DNA of 64,000 nucleotides from an uncultured Acidimicrobiia bacterium. GTDB taxonomy: Bacteria > Actinomycetota > Acidimicrobiia > IMCC26256 > PALSA-555. Shown one piece after another: positions 29,427-37,609 of this stretch (position 1 is its first letter; the number at the start of each line of letters is the position of its first letter). Below the pieces are notes generated by a model. It had not been told where the DNA came from. It was given only the letters and a program-made list of their open reading frames with translations, and did not search any database. Position numbers and translations under genes: made by a program. Location: the NCBI GenBank assembly GCA_963720675.1, contig CAVRGH010000003.1:72087-136086 (forward strand). Direction: 5' to 3'.

Positions 29427-30872
29427 TCAGAACTCGAGGGCCGAGAGCGCGGGGATCCAGCCCCCGGCGCGATCCACCGCGTCGCGCCACCGGGCGCGAT
29501 CGGTCGGGGCGCCGGGCTCGACGACCCGGGCGGGGCGCCAGGTCTCGGCGATGTCGTCGTCGCCCGACCAGATGCCGGCAGCAAGTCCGGCGCAGAACGC
29601 GGCTCCCAAGGTCGTCGCCTCGCGCACGGGCGCGACCTCGACCGTGCGCTGGCACGCATCGGCGAGCGCGCGGAGGAAGACGCCGTTCGCCGCCATGCCG
29701 CCGTCGACCCTCAGCCGTTCGATCGTCGCACCTGCGTCCGCCATCGCGGCCTCGAGCAGGTCCGCCCCGCGGTGCGCGACGCCCTCGAGCACGGCGCGCA
29801 CGATCTGGGCGCGGTCGGTGCCGCGGGTGAGGCCGAGGAGCGCACCCCGCGCGCCGTAGTCCCAGTGCGGCGTCCCGAGCCCCAGCGGTGCCGGGACGTA
29901 CCAGACGTCGCCGGTCTCGTCGCACGTCGCGGCCACGGCATCGGACTCCTCGGCTGACGCGACGAGGCCGAGGTCGTCGCGCAGCCACTCCACGTTCGTG
30001 CCGGCGGCGAGCATCACCGCTTCGAGGCCCCAGGCATCCACGCCCGCGGTCCGGCGCGTGACGATCGGGAACGTGCCGCCGTCGCCCTGCTCGAAGTCGG
30101 GTCGGGTGCCGCCGATGACGACGTCGAGCATGCCGCCCGTGCCGAACGTCGCCTTCGCGTCACCGTGGCGCACGCAGCCCTGGCCGAGGAGGGAGCCCTG
30201 CTGGTCGCCGATGATGCCCGCGATCGGCGGCTCACCCGGCAGCACGGTCGCGGGGCCGAGCAGCCCGGTCGAGTCGACGACGTGGGGGAGCGCGGCCGCC
30301 GGGATCCGGAGGGTGTCGAGGAGCTCGGGGGACCACCCGTCGTTCGCCTTCGTGCGGAGCGCGGTCACCTGCGCGTTCGTGGCGTCACTGACGTGCAGCA
30401 CCCCACCCGAGAGCGACCACGCGAGCCAGCTGTCGACGGTGCCGATGCACAGGTCGCGGCTGCGGTCGGGGTCGGCGACGTCGAGGAGGTGCTCGAACTT
30501 GGTCGCCGAGTGGTTCGGGGCGACCCTGATCCCCGCGCCCGACAGCTCGAGGCACCGACCGACCGTCCGCAGGTCCTGCCAACCGAGGCCCGGACCGACC
30601 GGGGTTCCGGTCGCCCGGTCCCAGACGACCGTCGATGCCCGCTGGTTCGCGATTCCGAGCGCGTCGACGGGTCCGTCGGTCTCGAGTGCGCGCGTCGCGA
30701 GCTCGATCGCGACGCCCGCCATCTCGGTGGCGTCGAACTCGACGAGCCCGGGCGCGGGGGAGTCGGGGAGCAGTGGCGCGCGGTGCTCGGCGACCACGTT
30801 GGCGTCGCCGTCGACGATCGTGGCGCGCACCGACGACGTCCCCACGTCGACCACCAGCACCCGTCCCCTCAT
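29427..30872 (-). CDS. glpK: Glycerol kinase-like FGGY carbohydrate kinase
   Basis: It reads MRGRVLVVDVGTSSVRA..., LGWQDLRT, IGDQQGSLLGQGC and KATFGTGGM. The start is ATG 30872 (alternatives GTG 30878 and 30881). It is co-oriented with glpD. Confidence 0.75.
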   Translation of the reverse strand: MRGRVLVVDVGTSSVRATIVDGDANVVAEHRAPLLPDSPAPGLVEFDATEMAGVAIELATRALETDGPVDALGIANQRASTVVWDRATGTPVGPGLGWQDLRTVGRCLELSGAGIRVAPNHSATKFEHLLDVADPDRSRDLCIGTVDSWLAWSLSGGVLHVSDATNAQVTALRTKANDGWSPELLDTLRIPAAALPHVVDSTGLLGPATVLPGEPPIAGIIGDQQGSLLGQGCVRHGDAKATFGTGGMLDVVIGGTRPDFEQGDGGTFPIVTRRTAGVDAWGLEAVMLAAGTNVEWLRDDLGLVASAEESDAVAATCDETGDVWYVPAPLGLGTPHWDYGARGALLGLTRGTDRAQIVRAVLEGVAHRGADLLEAAMADAGATIERLRVDGGMAANGVFLRALADACQRTVEVAPVREATTLGAAFCAGLAAGIWSGDDDIAETWRPARVVEPGAPTDRARWRDAVDRAGGWIPALSALEF

Positions 30873-30885
30873 GACCACCACCCCC

Positions 30886-30940
30886 GAGGCGTTCTGGCGT
30901 CAGTATTGGGTGCCTGACACACCCTTATCGACGCCAAAGC
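30886..30940 (-). repeat. Copy A of a ~55-nt nested-hairpin intergenic element
   Basis: In transcript orientation it reads TTTGGCGTC-GAT-AAGGGTGT-GTCAG-GCACCCAAT-ACT-GACGCCAGAAC. It starts 1 nt after the stop at 30942. A second copy lies at 55345-55400. Confidence 0.6.
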
Positions 30941-30941
30941 T

Positions 30942-32461
30942 TCACCCGGGCCAGGCGAGGTCGGGGACGAAGGGGTTCGGGAGCCCGAGCTTGCCGGGGT
31001 TGAGGATCCCTGCCGGGTCGAGCGCCTGCTTCGCCGCGACGAGCACGGCGAAGGACTCGCCGAGCGCTTCGGCGACGAAGCGGGCCCGGTTGAGGCCGAC
31101 CCCGTGGTGGTGGCTGAGCGCGCCGCCGTGGCCGAGCACCGCGCGCGTCCCCGCGTCCCACGCGTCGCGGTAGTAGGCGTCGCGCCCGTCGGCGGGCGGC
31201 TGGCCCGCGAACGTGAAGTAGAGGCAGGCGCCGTCGGCGTACGAATGCGACTGGTGCGCGGAGACGACCATCGTGTGCTCGACGCCACCGATCGCGTCGG
31301 TTGCGGCTGCGTAGATCGACGGCAGATCGCGCCACCGAGCAGCGATCTCCATGGTGTCGACCACGTAGCCGCGTGAGATCAGCGCCTCGAGCGCGGAGAC
31401 GTCGTTGCGGTGTTCGAGCCAGCTCGCGAGCAGGTCGTTGCCGTCGAGGTTCGTGGTCCAATCGCATTCCTCACGCACGACCGTCATCACCGCGTCGACG
31501 ACGTGCGGGTCGCCCTCGTCGAGCACGAGGAGCGGATGCACGTCGGCGCCGGTCTGGAAGTTCCGGTCGCCCTCGATCGCGTCGTACAGCCGCAGGACCG
31601 CCGGCGTGGCGCCCCGTTGCAGGATCTTGCGGCACGCGTCGAGCCCGGCCGCGAACGACGGGAAGCCGTACGCGGCCCGCCGCTCGGAGTGCGGCGCCTC
31701 GTGGAGGCGGAGTCGGGCCCCGGTGATGATGCCGAGCGTCCCCTCACTCCCGACGAACAGCTGGGTCAGATCCGGGCCGACCGCGGCACGTGGCGCACCG
31801 CCGGTCGTGATCGCTCGGCCGTCGGCGAGAACGACGTCGAGCCCGACGACGATGTCCTCGATCTTCCCGTACCGGGTCGAGTACTGCCCGCGCCGCGGCA
31901 GGCGAGCCAGCCCCCGACGGTCGACAGATCGACCGACTGTGGCCAGTGTCCGACGGTGACGTGGTGTGCGCTGCGCAGCTCGTCCTCGAGCACGTCGCCG
32001 AACGTGCCGGCGCGCACGTCGAGGATCATCGAATCCCGGTCGACCTCGACGATCCCCGTGATCCCGCACAGGTCGAGGAGCACGCCGCCCGCCAGCGGGA
32101 TGCTCGCGCCGCAGACCCCGCTGCGGCCACCAGCGGCCGTGACCGGGATGCCGGCCTCGTGACAGACGCGCAGGACGTCGGCGACCTCGGATGCGCTCGT
32201 CGGAGCGGCCAACGCGGCCGCACGAGCGGCCACCTCGCCGTCGAGGGCCCAGATCATGGCCAGCGGCCACCAGTCACGACTCGCCTCGCTCAGGGCGGCC
32301 GGGTCCTGGGTGACCGACGCGCACGCACCGCGCAGTCGCTCGAGCAGCACGGCGTCGACCTCGACGCGGCGGGCCGCGAGATGGGCGGTGACTTCCGCCG
32401 CGTCGCGACCGAGCGCGATGGGCGGTGTCGGTGCACCGCGCCGGGCCTGGATCCCGCTCAT
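30942..32461 (-). pseudogene. FAD-linked oxidase (GlcD / alkyl-DHAP-synthase-like), one frame break
   Basis: The FAD domain ...VLRVCHEAGIPVTAAGGRSGVCGASIP...STVGGWLACRGAG continues as QYSTRYGKIEDIVVGLDVVLADG... in another frame (missing C near 31878). The C-terminus reads HHHGVGLNRARF. Confidence 0.75.
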
Positions 32462-32468
32462 CGCCAGG

Positions 32469-34175
32469 TCAGGCGCCCAGGGACGCGTCGAGCGCGGTCT
32501 CGGGGAGCTCGGCCGCGACGCGCTCGTGCGTCACCGCGGCGCGGTAGGTCTCGACCTGGCGTGCTGACTCATCGGCATCCCAACCGAGCTCCGGCCCGAT
32601 GAGCAGCGCGACGGAATCGGCGGCGGCCGCCGACGCGTCGCGGGCCAGGAGCCGCGCCCGGGTGCGGCGCGAGAGGACGTCGTCGAGGGTGCGCGCCATC
32701 TCGTGGCGGACGGCGTGGACCGCCTCGGCCCTCAGGTAGGGCAGCCCGGGGACGAGGGGTTCGCCCAGCTCGGGATCGGCCGCGATCAGGTCGAGCACGA
32801 GTCGGCTCTCGGTGCCGTAGCGACCGGCGAGGTGGTCATGGAGGCTCGGCTCCATCGACTCACCGGGGTGTTCGTAACCCTCGGCGCCGATGATCGCCAC
32901 CTTCTTGGTGCGGCAGTGCGTCCGCCTCCGGAGCACGCGCGACGCCTGGTCGACGGTCTCGGCGGCCATCCGTCGGTAAGTCGTGAGCTTGCCGCCGGTG
33001 ATCGTGATGACGCCACTGTCCGAGACGCGCACGCCGTACTTGCGCGACAGGTCCGCGGTGCGCTGCGTGTTCGCGGTGCGCAGCAACGGTCGCAGCCCGG
33101 CCCAGGTGCCGACGACGTCGGCGCGGGTGACCGGTTCGTCGATCGCGAAGTTCAGGGCGCGGAGCAGGTAGTCGACGTCCTCGGGCGTGCACTGGGGATC
33201 CTCGATCGACCCGTCGTAGTCGGTGTCGGTGGTGCCGACGTACGTGGTGTCGCCCCACGGCACCACGAACACCGAACGCTTGTCCTTCGGGACCGGGACG
33301 ATCGCGGCGATGTCGTTGCGAACCTTCGACCACGGGACCGTGATGTGGATGCCCTTGGCCGGTCGGATCGAGTCGGGGTCGGCGCCCTCGTCCATCGTGC
33401 GCACTTGGTCGGACCAGACACCGGTGGCGTTGATCACGACGCGCGCCCGGACCTCGAGGTCGGCGCCGTCGGCCTCGACGCGCGCACCTCGGAGGTTCCC
33501 GTCGGGCCCCTTCAGCAGGCCGGTGACCTTCGCGTAGTTGGCGACCGTGGCGCCGTGCGCCGCGGCGGTGCGCGCGATCGCGAGCGTGAGCCGGGCGTCG
33601 TCGGCGCGGGCGTCGTAGTAGAGGTATGCACTCGCGACGCTGTCGCGTCGCAGCGTCGGCATGTGCCGCAGGGCCTCGTCCTTGTCGATGCGCTTGTGGG
33701 CCTTGCGGATGCGCAGCCCGCCGGTCAGGTCGTACATCCACATGACGCCGCCGAGCGCCCGGGCGACCCGCCGATCGATCAGCCCGTCGCGGGTGAGGAT
33801 CGGGATGAGGAAGGGGAGCACGCGTACGAGGTGCGGTGCGTTGCGCAGCGCGATCTGGCGCTCGTGGAGGGCCTCGTAGACGAGGAGGAACTCCTTCTGC
33901 TGCAGGTACCGGATCCCGCCGTGGATGAGCTTCGAGGACTTGGACGACGTGCCCGACGCGAAGTCGTCGCGCTCGACGAGCGCCGTACGCAGGCCGCGGC
34001 TCGCGGCATCGAGGGCGCAGCCGACGCCCGTGATGCCGCCACCGACCACGAGGACGTCGAACTCCTCCGTGCCCAAGCGGGCGAGGGACGCGGCCCGGTC
34101 GGAAGCGCCCTGGTCGGAAACGGCTGAGTCGGAGGGCATCCTCGGCTGGTTCCGCGCCTCCGACCTTCGAGCCAT
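32469..34175 (-). CDS. glpD: Glycerol-3-phosphate dehydrogenase (FAD-dependent)
   Basis: The ORF is intact at 568 aa. It reads FDVLVVGGGITGVGCALDAASRGLRTALVERDDFASGTSSKSSKLIHGGIRYL. Confidence 0.9.
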   Translation of the reverse strand: MARRSEARNQPRMPSDSAVSDQGASDRAASLARLGTEEFDVLVVGGGITGVGCALDAASRGLRTALVERDDFASGTSSKSSKLIHGGIRYLQQKEFLLVYEALHERQIALRNAPHLVRVLPFLIPILTRDGLIDRRVARALGGVMWMYDLTGGLRIRKAHKRIDKDEALRHMPTLRRDSVASAYLYYDARADDARLTLAIARTAAAHGATVANYAKVTGLLKGPDGNLRGARVEADGADLEVRARVVINATGVWSDQVRTMDEGADPDSIRPAKGIHITVPWSKVRNDIAAIVPVPKDKRSVFVVPWGDTTYVGTTDTDYDGSIEDPQCTPEDVDYLLRALNFAIDEPVTRADVVGTWAGLRPLLRTANTQRTADLSRKYGVRVSDSGVITITGGKLTTYRRMAAETVDQASRVLRRRTHCRTKKVAIIGAEGYEHPGESMEPSLHDHLAGRYGTESRLVLDLIAADPELGEPLVPGLPYLRAEAVHAVRHEMARTLDDVLSRRTRARLLARDASAAAADSVALLIGPELGWDADESARQVETYRAAVTHERVAAELPETALDASLGA

Positions 34176-34237
34176 GCGTCCAGGTTACCGACGGGTAGCC
34201 GGGGGCACACGCCTGCCCGGACCGGCGTCGCGCCGGT

Positions 34238-34639
34238 TCAGCTGCCGCGTGTGCCGGTGTCGCTCCCGCCCGACCCGCCGTCGCGGCCCGGGGTCGGTGA
34301 GTCGCCGCGGTCGGAGTGGTGCTCGCCGTCGAGCACCTCGTCGAGCAGCCCCGTGACCACTGCGACCAGCAGGTCGTCGGGCGGCTTGCCGGACGCTTCG
34401 GGGCGGCTGCGCTCGGCCGGCGCGGTCGCGGTGACCACGCTTCCGCTCCCACCCTCGTGGGTCAGCGCCATCGTGAGCGCGAGGGCAACGGCCAGGGCGA
34501 CGCTGGTGCCGGCGACCACCACCCGGCTGGTGCGGAAGCGGGAGCCTCGCGGGGAGCCGGGCGTTCGGGGCGCGGAGGACGCCGTGGCGGATGAGGGCAC
34601 TGTGGGATTGGGCACTGCGGAGTCGGTCACAGTGGTCAA
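34238..34639 (-). CDS. Hypothetical membrane-anchored protein
   Basis: It has a single TM span (VVVAGTSVALAVALALTMAL). It is co-oriented with and close to the upstream ferric-reductase-like gene. Sequence complexity is modest. Confidence 0.4.
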   Translation of the reverse strand: MTTVTDSAVPNPTVPSSATASSAPRTPGSPRGSRFRTSRVVVAGTSVALAVALALTMALTHEGGSGSVVTATAPAERSRPEASGKPPDDLLVAVVTGLLDEVLDGEHHSDRGDSPTPGRDGGSGGSDTGTRGS

Positions 34640-34687
34640 GAACGACGCTGCGCCCGGATTGGTTCCGCGGCTCCCGCTCGGCAGCGC

Positions 34688-35266
34688 TCAGGCGCCGACG
34701 CGGACCCGGGCGGCTGAGCCGGCAGTCCGGGTCACGCTGCTCCGGGTCCACCACATGATGCCGCCGAAGAACACCGCCGCGGCGCCGATGACGACGGCGG
34801 CCGCGGTCGGGAGCAGCGCGTTCGTGTCGGTGCCGGCCAGCAGCCCGTGGACGGTCGTCGTCGCGAGCAGGGCGTAGCTGAGGAGGTGGACTTGCCGCCA
34901 CGCGCGCTGCGACATGCGATTGCGCAGCTGCGAGGTGATCTGGACGGCGAGGAGCAGGTACATGCCGACGATCCCGAGCGCGACCGCGAACGGCTGCCAC
35001 GACGACGTGAAGGGGACGAGCACCTGGGTGATCCCGAAGTCGACGTACTCGTCGGCGACGATCGCGACGACGTGCACCGCGGTGAACACGACGGCGAGCA
35101 CCCCGAGGAACCGGTGCAAGGAGAGCAGCCAGGCCGGCGATGCCTTGCGGCCGAGCACGCGGGTGGCGAGCAGCAGACCCCAGGCGGCCGAGGCGACGAT
35201 CAGGGCCCAGGCGACGATGCCCGCCGACCGGGCGACCAGCCAGGACAGGTTCACCGCGCCGAGCAC
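34688..35266 (-). CDS. Ferric reductase-like transmembrane domain protein (MsrQ/YedZ-like)
   Basis: It has six hydrophobic spans with conserved His residues (LLSLHRFLGVLAVVFTAVHVV; VHLLSYALLATTTVHGLL). Confidence 0.7.
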   Translation of the reverse strand: MLGAVNLSWLVARSAGIVAWALIVASAAWGLLLATRVLGRKASPAWLLSLHRFLGVLAVVFTAVHVVAIVADEYVDFGITQVLVPFTSSWQPFAVALGIVGMYLLLAVQITSQLRNRMSQRAWRQVHLLSYALLATTTVHGLLAGTDTNALLPTAAAVVIGAAAVFFGGIMWWTRSSVTRTAGSAARVRVGA

Positions 35267-35269
35267 GGA

Positions 35270-35566
35270 TCAGCTGCCGCGCGACGAGGTGTCGGCGCTC
35301 GATGACGAGCTGGAGCCCGACGATGCGCTCGGTGACGCGCTGCTGCTCGAGTTGTCCGAGCCGTAGCCGTAGCCATAGCCGTAGTCATCGTCCGAGTACG
35401 ACGTGCCGCCGGAGCCGGACGTGCTGCCGGAGCCGGACGTCCGGTTGACCGTCGTGGTGTCGGCGCCGGCCTTCGAGCTGCTCGTCGCGGCCGCGCCGGT
35501 CGTGCCGCCGACGGCCATCGCCACCGCGAGCGCGACCGCTGCGGTCGCGCTCGTGACCGCAGCCAC
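35270..35566 (-). CDS. Small Ser/Gly/Thr-rich secreted protein with a DDDYGYGYGYGSD core; N-terminus possibly longer
   Basis: The hydrophobic N-region VAAVTSATAAVALAVAMAV is preceded in frame by a basic stretch (RRNRARARSGRFRKSRT) with no start codon. A different-frame ATG at 35778 suggests yet another indel. The stop lies 3 nt before the downstream gene start. Confidence 0.35.
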   Translation of the reverse strand: MAAVTSATAAVALAVAMAVGGTTGAAATSSSKAGADTTTVNRTSGSGSTSGSGGTSYSDDDYGYGYGYGSDNSSSSASPSASSGSSSSSSADTSSRGS

Positions 35567-35904
35567 CGTGCGGCTCTTCCGGAAGCGGCCCGAGCGCGCC
35601 CGGGCGCGGTTGCGCCGGGCCCGGGCCCCGGGGAGCGGAGCTGCGGCGGGGGAGGGGCGAGTCGATGGGGCACGTGGGACTGCTGGTGCTGGAGCGGGAC
35701 CGGACCAGGCGCCGACGCCGAGGGGGACGGCGGGCGGCGGGGCGGTGGTGGCGGGGTGGCGATCGGCTCGTCGGTCATCGGGCGACTCCTGGGGTGCGGC
35801 CTCCCGGGGCTGGAGGCCTGCCTCGAGGTGCGGGCTCGACCGCAGTCAACTCCCCGGGCTTGAGAACTTCCTGAGAATCGGGCCAGGAACAGGCCAAGTC
35901 GGGC

Positions 35905-36243
35905 TCAGGCCACCGTGCCGGGGGCCCCGTCGTCCGTCACGACCGGGTGGCCGTCGGCCGCCCAGGCCACCATGCCGCCGGCGAGGTTCACGGCGTCGTA
36001 CCCGGCCCGGACGAGGGCCTCCGTGACCCTGCCGGAGCGCGCACCACTCCGGCAGATCACCACGATCTCGCCGCCGTCCGGGAGCTCGGCCTGGCGGCCC
36101 GCGACCTCACGCATCGGGATCCACTGGGCAGCGCCGGCGTGCCCCGCGGCCCATTCGTTGGCCTCGCGCACGTCGAGCAGCGCGGCGCCGGCCGCGACCC
36201 GCCGCTGCGCCTCGTCGATGTCGATCTCGGGGATGTCGGGCAT
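35905..36243 (-). CDS. Single-domain rhodanese (sulfurtransferase)
   Basis: ATG 36243 (MPDIPEIDIDEA). The active-site loop is VVICRSGARSGR. Confidence 0.8.
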   Translation of the reverse strand: MPDIPEIDIDEAQRRVAAGAALLDVREANEWAAGHAGAAQWIPMREVAGRQAELPDGGEIVVICRSGARSGRVTEALVRAGYDAVNLAGGMVAWAADGHPVVTDDGAPGTVA

Positions 36244-36342
36244 GGTGCTCCTCGCGGTGCGTCGTGCTCCGTCGGTGGACGTGCATTCTCGCCCGCCGAC
36301 GACGTCCGCCCAGCCTCGCGTGCCCGCTCGCTGCATCGCCGG

Positions 36343-37493
36343 TCAGGGGGCCCTTCCGGGCGGTCGCAGGTCCCAGGTGCCGGGCTGTCCGGTGACGGTC
36401 CAGTTGCAGTGGGTCTTGAGGAGGTGGTGCTGGTGGCAGAGGCGCCAGAGGTTGGGGGCTTCGGTCGGGCCGTGGCGTTCGACGGGGATGATGTGGTCGA
36501 TCTCGAGCCCGCGGTCGACGTCGCATCCCGCCACGCCGCAGACCGGGTAGGTGGTCTCGACCCAGCGGCGCAGGGCCGCGGGGATCGTGCGCTCGGGGCT
36601 CGAGATGGTGGTGATCTCGGTGCCGGTGCGCAGCATCGTGGTGATGGTCGCGTCGTTCATCAGGGCTCGGGCGTCGGTGACCGGGATCGCACCGCGGCCG
36701 GCGATCTCGCACGTCTCGCCTTCGATCACGTAGCCGCGCTCGATCGCGATGGCATCCGCGGTGAGGCGGACGTCGACGGGCTTGCAGGGGCCGTCGTCCA
36801 TCAGCGCGACGAGGGCGTCGGCGGCGTAGGCGTCGCGTGGCTCGCGACGCCCGGCCTTTCGGGCTTCGCGGAAGATCCGGTCCTCGTGGGCGTCGAGCGC
36901 GGCGAAGAGTCGCGCGCCCGCTGCGGGGGCGAGGCGGAAGTCGCCGCAGTAGGAGCCGTCGAGGTCGGTCCACTTGTGGAGGTAGCGCTGCTCGTGCAGC
37001 TGGCGGGCCCACGCGGCGTCGTCGGGCTGCGCCGCGGCGCGCACCTCACGACACCGGTCCTTGAGCCCCTTCACCGTCGAGGACTTCGCCGTGCGCAGCA
37101 ACCGCGCCTCGGACGAAGGGTCCTCGACTGGCGGCGCCGGTGATCTGACGGGCCTGGGTCTCGGACAGCTCCCCGGCCCGGAACGCCTCCGCGGTCGCGG
37201 GCAGCTCGTCCAAGGACCGCGCGGTCTCCAGCGCCCCGACCGCCGCACCGACCGTCGTCCCGGTCTTGGCCGAGAGCCAGTGCCCCGCCGTGCGGTAGCC
37301 GCCGTCGCGATAGGCGCCGGTCTCGTCGACCCGACGGGCCAGGCAGCGCTTTCAGCGCCGCACAGACGTGCTCCCCCTGCGCCACGAGCTCGACCAGCCG
37401 CGACCGCGTCCCGCGCCATCGAGCAGCCCAGGCTCGAGCTCGCGTGCAACCCGCTTCGAGGGTCGCCACGGCGGTGCGGACTTCGTCGAACAC
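36343..37493 (-). pseudogene. DUF222 / HNH endonuclease (mycobacterial REP13E12-like family), several frame breaks in the N-terminal half
   Basis: The C-terminal HNH region reads TYPVCGVAGCDVDRGLEIDHIIPVERHGPTEAPNLWRLCHQHHLLKTH. The DUF222 N-terminus MFDEVRTAVATLEAG...RSRLVELVAQGEHVCAALKA is in another frame, and a third frame carries VDETGAYRDGGYRTAGHWLSAKTG. Confidence 0.75.
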
Positions 37494-37546
37494 AGGCCTT
37501 CCCCTTCGGATGATGAAACCGTTCGGGGGAAGTGCTGGGTACTCTA

Positions 37547-37562
37547 TCGAACGTATGTTCGT
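37547..37562. promoter_or_regulatory. LexA (SOS) box candidate
   Basis: The site is TCGAAC-GTAT-GTTCGT, a 15/16 match to the actinobacterial TCGAAC-N4-GTTCGA palindrome. It lies 54 nt upstream of the DUF222-HNH start at 37493. Confidence 0.55.
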
Positions 37563-37609
37563 GTGTCAAGCACCAAGACCGACGAACACGACGTGCGTGA
37601 CGCGAACGC

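Noticed and set aside
36343-37493. HNH endonuclease as part of a restriction or anti-phage defence system
   Set aside because: No methyltransferase, helicase, ATPase or other defence partner is adjacent. The DUF222-HNH architecture matches the REP13E12-type selfish or SOS-linked family, and the gene is frame-broken.
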